A DNA stretch of 64,000 nucleotides from Elsinoe ampelina. Lineage: Eukaryota. Positions 49,588 to 58,646 of the stretch are shown piece by piece. A model generated the notes under the pieces. It was not told the DNA's origin. It ran no database searches and saw only the letters and a list, made by a program, of their open reading frames with translations. The DNA is taken from the NCBI GenBank assembly GCA_010093995.1, contig ML992512.1:467736-531735 (forward strand), written 5' to 3'. The position numbers were made by a program, and so were the translations under genes. Within the stretch, counting starts at the first letter, position 1. Every line of letters starts with the position of its first letter.

Positions 49588-50964
49588 TTAGTCCCGACTA
49601 CGATTGGCCAACCATCTTCTCACGACAAACTCTCTGACCCTGTAACCCTGGAAGATCTTGCCGACATTGTCCTCCAAATGAATGCCATGATCGTCTACGC
49701 TCAGGTTCATGCTTGGTGGCACCTCCACGTAGCACAGAACTAGTGTTTTTCTGACCTGGCTCTGCACCCTGTTCGTACAGTGTACTTCCCACCACTTCTT
49801 TTGTGCAACCTGTTGCCATTGGTCTTTATTCCCGTCGTTGCTTAACTTTCGCTGTCCATCAGGGTACTCGGGAACAATCATGACCGCGAATTCAGCATGG
49901 GAAAATACCGGGCCACGATTGTATAGGAGCCAGTCGGCCGCAAACTTGGCTCCTGGTCGAACTACCCATCCGAGGCTTCTGTAGTGGTGGTAGACCACAT
50001 ACTGCAAAAGGAAAGGGTTATCGGGCCGAATTTGATCCGCCCGGCAAGGCGGAAATATGCTATGACGGGCAAATTCTCGTAGAAGGGTCGAGGTGTTTAT
50101 AGATTTGGTTGCAGGATTTTGGCTTGATCCCGAATGTGTGGCCAGCACTTGAAGTGCACCCACAGCATACGCCAAAAATAGTGCTTCGCATAGGTCAAGT
50201 TGAAGATGTTCCTGGTCAACTAATGGCGCGTCCAGTTCGAGCTCATCTTTCGTGTCTCGTTCCAGTTCATCGTCCTCGATCTGCTCAACGTTGTCTGACA
50301 TAGTTCTTGGTTCCATGTTCACGCCGTTTGTGGATGGTACGATCTGCCGTTGCTCGGTTCCATCGATGAGGCCGACGTCTTTGGTTACTGAATCCGTCTC
50401 TGGTCGTAGTTCAGCAAGCTTCCCTTCTCGTCTCAATTGCTCCTCAATGGCTTCCCGCTCGGCACGGGCGCGCTCCAGCTTGAACATCCTGCGTTCTTCT
50501 CTTCGTTTCGAGGTCGCCTCTTCACTGGTGCCGCCAGCACCAGCTTTCCGCCGTGCGAGCTCTCTGTTGAGCCAACTAAGCTCACTACGTGACAAGTTGC
50601 CTTTGCCGAAGAAGCCCATTTCCCATAGTGCTCGACCGTGATCTACATTCGTCACATGGACCGATCTCGTCTCGGGAGAGAAGTAGCCAGTATACAGTGG
50701 CGGAGGATGGCCCGAGTGTCTGGAGATGAGTTCACTCACCAGAGCGTTCAGAATACGCACCAAAGACAGAGGATTGTGAGGTACGAAGGCTGGCAGAGGT
50801 ATGATTTCTAGTGGTAAAGGCTTCGCATGTATCTTGGCGTAGTTTGGTCTGGGTGGTCTTCGAGGTTTCGTGCTTGGTTTCGCTTCGGTGGATTCGACAG
50901 TGGCCTTTGCAGCTGATCCGTTTCCCATGACTGGCGTTGCACGCCCATTGTCCAGGATCGCCAT
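49588..50964 (-). CDS. SEN2: tRNA-splicing endonuclease subunit Sen2
   Basis: LWEMGFFGKGNLSRSE, EHLQL, YHHYRSLGWVVRPGAKF, catalytic LLYNRGPVFSHAEF and VRKTLVLCYV. Confidence 0.93.
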   Translation of the reverse strand: MAILDNGRATPVMGNGSAAKATVESTEAKPSTKPRRPPRPNYAKIHAKPLPLEIIPLPAFVPHNPLSLVRILNALVSELISRHSGHPPPLYTGYFSPETRSVHVTNVDHGRALWEMGFFGKGNLSRSELSWLNRELARRKAGAGGTSEEATSKRREERRMFKLERARAEREAIEEQLRREGKLAELRPETDSVTKDVGLIDGTEQRQIVPSTNGVNMEPRTMSDNVEQIEDDELERDTKDELELDAPLVDQEHLQLDLCEALFLAYAVGALQVLATHSGSSQNPATKSINTSTLLREFARHSIFPPCRADQIRPDNPFLLQYVVYHHYRSLGWVVRPGAKFAADWLLYNRGPVFSHAEFAVMIVPEYPDGQRKLSNDGNKDQWQQVAQKKWWEVHCTNRVQSQVRKTLVLCYVEVPPSMNLSVDDHGIHLEDNVGKIFQGYRVREFVVRRWLANRSRD

Positions 50965-51293
50965 ATTCGGTGCAAGTGTTAGGGTGTGCCTCTCAGCTGA
51001 GTACCGCTCAAACGCCGACTAGGCGAGCTTATCAGTGCGGATGATGACTGCGAATTGTCCTGAGGATGAATCACAGACGATGGTCAAGTTTTCCGGGGCT
51101 TATGCGAGGTCGCCGTCAATTGAAAGTATATCGAGCCTTGACGAAAGCGGTATAGTACGTATCATAGAAGGGTGCGTTCGATACCAATTTTGTGTTTTAG
51201 ACGAATAATTGAGAAGTCAATCGATGTTCTGACAGAGCCTTGAAGCTCTGCAGGTTTGTGACTGATATTTTGGCAGGGAAGGTCGAGCCGGCA

Positions 51294-51317
51294 CTGCGGC
51301 TCTGCGGCTCTGCGGCT
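51294..51317. repeat. (CTGCGGCT)3 tandem repeat in the SEN2/AIM25 divergent promoter
   Basis: Three perfect 8-mers seen directly. Confidence 0.7.
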
Positions 51318-51401
51318 TCGGCCAAATCATAGCAATGACAAGCAGTGATCAAATTCCGCCACCACTTCTTCGAACTTGTTCTGTCCTATCTTCAACTATA
51401 G

Positions 51402-53078
51402 ATGCGTAGACAAACGTTTCGAATCACAGTGAAGGCGCAGGAGGTTCGGAATTGTCGCTCGCTTGCGAGCCGGACCTCCTCGGCTCAAAAGAGGTCCTCG
51501 GATTTCAGTGCTTCCAGGCTTCATCGCAATGATCTATCGAGACGGCCTCCATCCATATCAGGACGACTCATCGGAGCCGCAGCTCAGAAGTCCACACGAG
51601 ACCACAAAGACGAACCTGTCCCGCCACCTACAAAGACTGAGCTTCTAGCCTCGGCTCTATCGGAACACGAAGCTTCTGATCTGGTAGCACCTGTTCGGAT
51701 ACCGGAGGATCGCCATGGCGTCCTTCAAAAGGACCATCCAGCGATGGGCATCCTGAACAACTCTGCCGTCGTGATTCAGAGGCAGATAGAGATGATGAAC
51801 GTATTCCTCGGCTACGAACAAGCTAATCGATACGTTATAATGAATGGCCGTGGAGAGACGATAGGTTATCTCGCTGAAGAAGACCATGGCTTTGGCCGTG
51901 CTATAGTACGACAGATGGCACGCACACACCGTAGCTTCACAGCACACATTTTCGATATTTCTGGTCGAGAGATACTGAGGATCCACCGGCCCTTTGCATG
52001 GATCAACTCTCGCATCCGAATCTACGACCCAATCACGTCAAGCTCCTCTACCCCTCACACATCCCCTGCGGCCAGTGCCTCTGACGGCACCACCGTAGCA
52101 AATGAGAGATCAACCTCTACGATACCTCTCTCAGACATGCGAATCATCGGTGAAGCACAACAGGAATGGGCCCCACTCCGGCGCAAGTACAACCTCTTCG
52201 CCTACCGTCCTTCCCCATCCACCCCCGCTCCAGAATCCCCCACCTCCGACGTCTCCAAATCAATGGTTCAATTCGCCCGCATCGACTCCCCCTTTCTCTC
52301 CTGGGACTTCCACCTCGAATCCTCCACCGGCGCCACCATCGGCAGCGTGAACCGCAACTTCAGCGGCTTCGCCCGCGAAATCTTCACCGACACAGGCGTG
52401 TACGCACTGCGAATGGACTCCGTCGCCTCCCCTAGCCCTAGCGCTTCGCCGCAAGCCCAACCCTCGGACAAAGCCGTCGAAATCCTCAGCGAACCCCTCA
52501 CCCTCGACCAGCGTGCCATCATGCTCGCTACGGCAGTGAGTATCGACTTTGATTACTTCTCCCGCCACTCCAATTCCGTAGGCGGTATGCCACTCCCGAT
52601 CTGGATCCCCGGCATGGGCGGCGCAGCAGGCGAAGCAGGCGCCGGGGCGGGAGCCGCCGGTGCCGCAGGAGCAGCAGGCGAAGCCGGCGTTCTCGGCGGG
52701 GCAGGAGAAGTGGCCGGTGCTGCAGGCGGGGCAGTTGCTCGGGGCGCCGGAGTGGCCGGGACTGCCGGACTGGAAGCCGGGTCGGCGGGTGTTGCTGGCG
52801 CGGGAACAATGGCCGGGTACGAGGCCATGCAGCGCGGGATGGGGAGAGGGGAGGGGCAGGCGCAGCAGGCACCGCCGGATGATGCGAGTCCGATGGCGCA
52901 GGGGTATGATCAGGGTCCGCCTGGAGAGTCCCCTGGAGCCGGCGCGGGAAATGGTATGCAGGAGGATACATGGGGTACGGACGCGGATCCGTTCGACAAG
53001 GTTGACGTTCCGGGCGGGGACGGTGGAGGGGATGGAGGGGGCTTGTTGTCTTCGCTTTGGGACTTCTTCGGTGAGTGA
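51402..53078 (+). CDS. AIM25: Mitochondrial phospholipid scramblase family protein (Aim25-like)
   Basis: Arg/Ser-rich presequence; VIQRQIEMMNVFLGYEQANRY, RPFAWINS, WAPLRRKYNLF, PFLSWDF, REIFTDTGVY, LDQRAIMLATAVSIDFDYFSRHS; Gly/Ala-rich tail. Confidence 0.9.
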   Translation: MRRQTFRITVKAQEVRNCRSLASRTSSAQKRSSDFSASRLHRNDLSRRPPSISGRLIGAAAQKSTRDHKDEPVPPPTKTELLASALSEHEASDLVAPVRIPEDRHGVLQKDHPAMGILNNSAVVIQRQIEMMNVFLGYEQANRYVIMNGRGETIGYLAEEDHGFGRAIVRQMARTHRSFTAHIFDISGREILRIHRPFAWINSRIRIYDPITSSSSTPHTSPAASASDGTTVANERSTSTIPLSDMRIIGEAQQEWAPLRRKYNLFAYRPSPSTPAPESPTSDVSKSMVQFARIDSPFLSWDFHLESSTGATIGSVNRNFSGFAREIFTDTGVYALRMDSVASPSPSASPQAQPSDKAVEILSEPLTLDQRAIMLATAVSIDFDYFSRHSNSVGGMPLPIWIPGMGGAAGEAGAGAGAAGAAGAAGEAGVLGGAGEVAGAAGGAVARGAGVAGTAGLEAGSAGVAGAGTMAGYEAMQRGMGRGEGQAQQAPPDDASPMAQGYDQGPPGESPGAGAGNGMQEDTWGTDADPFDKVDVPGGDGGGDGGGLLSSLWDFFGE

Positions 53079-53595
53079 AGTTTTGGAGTCTGCGGAGCCT
53101 CGGTATTTGTCCTTTGTGACATCGTTCCTTTTTCGGCATATACGCATGCATGGTGGGTCGTATCACTATACTCTCGGATGTATATCATGGGGAGGCGTCT
53201 GGCATGAGCACACATCGGCTGGGGTTTGGGAGTGAAGAGAGATGGGGTTCTGTATGTCATAATCTGGGCCCAAGGTGCCTATCACGATACTCACGATTAG
53301 AAACGAAAATGTACATGTCGACACAACTTGGTTTAGCATGACTCTGTGAAGATGGTTGTGAACGTGGACAGCATCGGCCGTTGAGTTGATGTGCTTGATG
53401 GCAGCAGGCATATGATGTGTATGTTTGCATTCCATTTCGTGTACTTCGTTATTGAGACCCCCGCCTCATACTGGTGTATAGCTACGCTCAAAAGCATCCG
53501 CGCCTCGCTAATATGATAATATACTTCGTATCACCATGCTATGCTTGTAAGATATGATTCTACTGCAGATCTGCTCATTCTCAGAGCTGTGAGGA

Positions 53596-54861
53596 TTATG
53601 ACCACTTCTTCGCCTCCATCCCATCCGGTGGCGTGACTGGCACCGTACCCTTCTGCACCTCTGACCAGTTTGTACTCAATGCTGTCCCGCCACTCTCGGT
53701 GTATGATTTGATCATGGCTTTGCGGACATCCTCGGAGGCACCAGAGTAGAGCTTCTTGAAGAAACCATTGACTTCGTCACCGTCATCCTTCTCGTAGTCC
53801 CAGTCGTCATCGTCCTCGCCTCCCTTCTTGTCCGATTTCTCTCCATTAGCGTCTTCCTTCTTTGGCTTCTTGGTTGTGAGATCGTTGGCAAGCTTGTCCC
53901 AATTTTTCGGCCCACTTCGAGAGGAAGTAGGGTAGGCAGGACCGGCGGCCGGGTTGAGGACGGCGGAAAGAATAGGCTTGGGCTTGTCCTCTTGTGATGC
54001 AGATGCGGGTCCAGTGCCTTCAAGAGCATGCCATTTCTGGCCGGCTTGCACTTTTTTGAGCGTGATTTCGATCTTTGTAGAGAGTATGCTACTTTTGGAT
54101 TGTGCTGGGTCGATGGACGCATATAGCGGGTCTAACGAGAAGTCGTAGGTCGAGCCATTGAGCAGAGGGTAGGAGATGGACAGTGATGCTGGCTCAATGT
54201 TGATCGTCGTCTTGTCCTTGGGTACCCCTTTAGCGAGGAGAGTGAAGATGACATTCTCGTTGTTCTGGTACCAATCATGGCGTATCTTGTCTGCAGGTGT
54301 TTGTGCTGGGGCAGGAGATGGTGCGGTCGATCCGTTCGTGGCTGCTGGCTTCGCAGTATTCTGAGCCTTGTCCTTCTCCTTTGACTCTGCCTTTTCCTGC
54401 ACCACCTCTGACTTCTGAGCTGGTGCAGCTTGCGCATCCGGTATCTCCTTCACATTGACCACGACTGCTGGATCGTCTGGACCTAACGCAGCGATCTTTG
54501 AATCAACCTTGTTCTGCCACAGAGCCAGACTCTTCTCCTTGGGATCCATTCGCTTCACAACACCCAAGATGGAGCCCGCATCGCCGTATCTGCCCAATCC
54601 AAAAAGCGCTATTGCCCTTCTCAGCTGTGCTTGAACGATGTATTCACGCTTGGCTCTTTGGTGACCGAAGTTTACGCCCTGTTCAGCATCTGCAAGCGCT
54701 GCGGCATTGTCTGGTGGTGTGCTACGCTGGTGGGCAATGGATCTCTTGATGTAATAGTCAGGTGCTGTTGGTGAGACCTTGATGGCCTGTGTGAATGCTT
54801 CGATGGCTTCGGGATAGTTGCGAGCCTCAATGGCTGTATTTCCACGTTTGGCGTGGTCCAT
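53596..54861 (-). CDS. SGT1: Hsp90 co-chaperone Sgt1 (TPR, CS, SGS)
   Basis: N-terminal TPRs, CS domain IRHDWYQ...KIEITLKK, SGS domain YPTSSRSGPKNWDK...FFKKLY...SYTESGGTALSTNW. Confidence 0.95.
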   Translation of the reverse strand: MDHAKRGNTAIEARNYPEAIEAFTQAIKVSPTAPDYYIKRSIAHQRSTPPDNAAALADAEQGVNFGHQRAKREYIVQAQLRRAIALFGLGRYGDAGSILGVVKRMDPKEKSLALWQNKVDSKIAALGPDDPAVVVNVKEIPDAQAAPAQKSEVVQEKAESKEKDKAQNTAKPAATNGSTAPSPAPAQTPADKIRHDWYQNNENVIFTLLAKGVPKDKTTINIEPASLSISYPLLNGSTYDFSLDPLYASIDPAQSKSSILSTKIEITLKKVQAGQKWHALEGTGPASASQEDKPKPILSAVLNPAAGPAYPTSSRSGPKNWDKLANDLTTKKPKKEDANGEKSDKKGGEDDDDWDYEKDDGDEVNGFFKKLYSGASEDVRKAMIKSYTESGGTALSTNWSEVQKGTVPVTPPDGMEAKKWS

Positions 54862-55150
54862 TGTGCTTGCCGCGAAGGGCGCAGCCACTGTTCGCAAATA
54901 TAAGCTCTCTCGTGAGTCTAACAGGACCGCTTGTGAGACCAAGGCAGCCTCTGAAGAAGGACGAACGAAGGTGTGCAGAATTGTTTGGAAGAAGAATGAA
55001 CACAAGCACAGAAGCACTACTGAGGCTGTTTCCCCGCGCTTCTCCAAGACTGCAGCTCCCTTATCGATAAGACTACCATGAATGAGCCTCCGTACTTCCA
55101 GAGCCTACTGGAGTTCTCCAATTATCCTCTCTTATTGACCTGCGACCTGC

Positions 55151-55581
55151 ATGACTTTTTTCAATGCTCTGATACGGACGCACCACATCACTTCACGTAA
55201 GAAGGTCATGAAACTGAAGCAAGCAACGAGGAACCATGACGTGTTTGCATTGCTTCGTAGTGGAGGCGCACCTGGCATCATGTACGTTGAAGGTCCGGAG
55301 CAAGGCGTTCGATCGTGGATAGATACCGTCCATGTACGTCTCGATAACTTCCTGGTGGTTAGTACCTCTGATGTTTGGTGCAGGGTCTTCGGTACAAAGA
55401 CTATCAACTTGCTATAAAACCTGCCGAAGTCGTGCATAACAATGAAGCGCGACCACCAGAGCGCAATCTCAGTTCGCTGCGTGAAGTCGACACAGTCAAA
55501 GAATTCTCCGTTGAGATGAAACGCCGAGGCCTTTTCTCATGGTGGCGAAAAGGTATGGGCTATGAGAATGATGCTTTTTGA
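55151..55581 (+). CDS. Small conserved protein (about 126 aa), stand-alone DUF1115/Prp3_C-like domain; exons 55151-55333 and 55384-55581
   Basis: GTACGT...CAG intron joins two ORFs. LIRTHHITSRKK...GGAPGIMYVEG...V..W...V..LRYKDY resembles the RWDD2-type DUF1115 pattern (HHI..K...G.PG...VEG). Confidence 0.7.
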
Positions 55582-55721
55582 TGGCTTTGTCCGGTCGTAC
55601 CGGGCTCTTCCTGGAAGATGCTGTGGTGTATTAGCACATCCGTATTCATGGCCTTCGAAATGCATCTCCCCCGTGGAGATGACCTTTTTGCGCACGCGGG
55701 GTCAATGATCGTCACAGAAGC

Positions 55722-55794
55722 AGAGACGAAGAGAGGGGGAGAGAGAGAGGAAGAGAGAGAGAGGGAGGGTGGGAGGGAGAGAGAGAATGAAGAA
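55722..55794. repeat. Near-pure purine (GA-rich) tract
   Basis: AGAGACGAAGAGAGGGGGAGAGAGAGAGGAAGAGAGAGAGAGGGAGGGTGGGAGGGAGAGAGAGAATGAAGAA; intergenic. Confidence 0.75.
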
Positions 55795-56096
55795 TCGCCA
55801 TGAGAAGATCAAGGTAGCCGATATGTAGACTTTGAAGTACACGGAGAAGTGACATGCGGATAGTCTTGTGTTATAAGACCGAATCCAATGGCTACTATAG
55901 ATAAACTACAGTCATGCAATGATACTTTACTGCATCACCATGTTGGCGTGAACATTTGCTGAACAGGGTCTATCCGACGTCACTTGTCGCTCTCGTTGTG
56001 CCGCACCTCTTCTTGCATCAGACATATATAGAGCAGTGAAACCCACAATGACTATAATATAGCACTTCCTCGGCTCGCTCATCAAGAGCTATAACC

Positions 56097-58081
56097 ATGA
56101 TGCCGAGTGCGCAAGATGTCTTTGTCTGCCTTAGCTCGGCTTCGCTTCGCGTGTTCAGCTACATCTTCCTTAGATGGGTGAGTACCACCAAACATTTCAC
56201 AATAGACCAGTACTGACAGACCGTAGATACCAGGTCATGTAAGACTGATGGACCTGAGATGATGTACGTTCACTGATGATCTAGCATTTCCCGCCTCTTA
56301 TCCTTTCTGCGCTTGTCCTCTACCTGGCTACACTATTCTGGGTCTACCCTGACAGGTTTTTGGTTGCAGATACGCGGTCAGCCAAGGACTATAGAAGCAT
56401 CACCAGTGAGAAAGAGGCTCTTCGAAATGGCAGTGCGCGTCCCTCTGGGGGCAATTCTCTTAGGGACGATGGCAAGATTACACCTCTGCAACACTCAAGT
56501 GCAGTTTGGACTACACTTCTTGGTCTACCCAAGTCTAAATACAGACTTCTGAACTGGAGTACTATCTTGATCAACATATTGCTTGCAGGGATGATGGTGG
56601 ATCTGACCTATGGTCCAAAGTGGTTTTATCCTTCTCGTGACCTCTCCTTCGCCAGGGTCGGCTTTGTCTCCTACGACAGTGCGAAGATAATGGTCCGAGA
56701 GCCAGACATTAGACGACTACCGATTCATCTTGAATATCGTCTAGATCCCAAAGTACCAGACGACACTGTTAGTGCCTGGACATCGGTAGCTACAGCCTCC
56801 AGTCTCAAAGACGACAACGACTTTACTGCAGCATTCGATATCCCGTACTTGTTACCTGCCACAAGGTACCAGTATCGCGCTTCGACCAACCACACTGGTG
56901 TCTTCGTCACAGCTCTTCGGCCAGGGGTCAACCCTTCATCATTCACATTCCTTCACTCTTCTTGCATAGTCCCAAATTTCCCCTACGTTCCTTTCCGACA
57001 CCACCTCTCCTTCCCCGGTTTCAAGCACCTCTCCAACAACCTTCCCTCCTTGAAGGCCCAATTCATGCTCTTCCTCGGCGACTTCATCTACATCGACGTC
57101 CCTCACCGTCACGGAACCGACCGCGAATCCTACCGCCGCGAATACCGTCAAGCCTACGCCAGTCCCGACTGGCCATCCATCTCATCCTCCCCACCAAACA
57201 CCACCCACTCCCTCCCCTGGATCCACGTCTACGACGACCACGAAATCGCCAACGACTGGGACAAGAACGAAACCGGCGTCTTCCCCGCCGCCCTCGACCC
57301 CTTCACCCACTACCAATCCAGCATCAACCCCCCCTCCGACCGCCCCAACGTCTCCTACTACTCCTTCACCCAAGGGCCCCTCTCCTTCTTCCTCCTCGAC
57401 ACCCGCCGCTACCGCACCCCCTTCGACGGCACGCCCGGCCACTGGACCGAACCCACCACCCCGCCGACGGCCCGCAAATCCATGCTCGGCGAGACACAAC
57501 GCCAGGACCTCCTCACCTGGCTCGCCGCCCCCGCACCCCGCGGCGTGCACTGGAAAATCCTCGTCTCGTCCATCCCCTTTACGAAAAACTGGCGCTTCGG
57601 CTCAGAGGACACATGGGCCGGCTACCTGGGCGAGCGCAAAGTCATCCTCGAAGCCATGTGGACCGCCTCTGCGGAGCTCGGGGTGGGCGTCGTCGTGCTG
57701 TCGGGGGACAGACACGAGTTTGCCGCTACCAAGTTCCCGCCTCCTCAACTTGATGATACAAAGGACGTGGAGTCGACCCAAGCTGGCGCGGGCAGGGAGG
57801 GCACTTGGCCTGAGTATGCGGCTGTGCATGAGTTCTCCGCTAGTCCGTTGAGTATGTTTTACTTGCCGGTGAGGACGTATAGGCAGGAGGATCGCGAGGA
57901 TGTGGTGATCAAGTATTTGCCGGACGGGAATAGTAAGTTTGGAGCGGTGACGGTGGGCAAGGAGGGGGGGTTGGGGTATAGGTTGTTTGTGGATGGGAGG
58001 GAGGCGTGGAGGTATGAGTTGCCGCCGCCGGGACGGGGAGGGAAGAAGAAGGGGGAGGGGGAGGGGTGGGGGATTTGGTGA
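56097..58081 (+). CDS. phoD: PhoD-family alkaline phosphatase, membrane-anchored; exons 56097-56177, 56227-56238, 56285-58081
   Basis: FMLFLGDFIYIDVP, YDDHEIANDW, LLDTRRYR, SMLGETQ, DTWAGY..ER, VLSGDRHEF; N-terminal TM segments; 12-nt micro-exon (IPGH). Confidence 0.9.
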
Positions 58082-58646
58082 GAGGGGGAGGGATCGCCGT
58101 GGGACAGAGGAGGGTAGGGTTTGTGTGTCTGGGTGAAAGCTGCCCGTAGAAGTTGTAAAAGGTGTATAGATCGGTTTCGATATTTTCTCGATGTAGCAGG
58201 TCTGTACAATGGTGCGGTGAGGTGCAGATGCGGTAGCCGTATCATGTCTGCTCTGGAAGTAACTTGATGACTTGAGTCTTGAACTGTCCCATAAAGTAGC
58301 TCACATGGTCTGGCAGAACGTGAGCCGTCCTGGAACAAAGCAATCGCGGCTGCCCGGCAGTGGTCATCACGATCTGATAGTATCTTCTCGAACGATATCC
58401 AGCAGCTCAGTCGACGCCGATGCAGGCATGGCACGCTGGTAATACCCCAAGTGCTTACTTACCTTCCAGGAATCTTACTGTCAAGGCCATAAACATAATC
58501 ACTAGCGCGAAAGTGGCAAACAGGGAATAAGCTGAAACCACAAACATCCTCCGTTGCATTTGTGCATTTGAGAACAATCCTGCTCCCTGGGTATCATATC
58601 AAACACGACGTGCCCCGAAACGCCAAAAAGATTTTCACCCCTGCTG

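Noticed and set aside
51039..51235. ATGATGA...CTGA boxes and a GTTCGATACC B-box-like word, suggesting a C/D snoRNA or tRNA
   Set aside because: No terminal stem, recognisable rRNA guide or cloverleaf; such short words are expected by chance.
52260..53166. Long antisense ORFs over the scramblase tail
   Set aside because: By-products of the GC-rich Gly/Ala coding region.
56962..57753. 263-aa Arg/Pro-rich alternate-frame ORF
   Set aside because: Shifted frame of PhoD in a C-rich arm.
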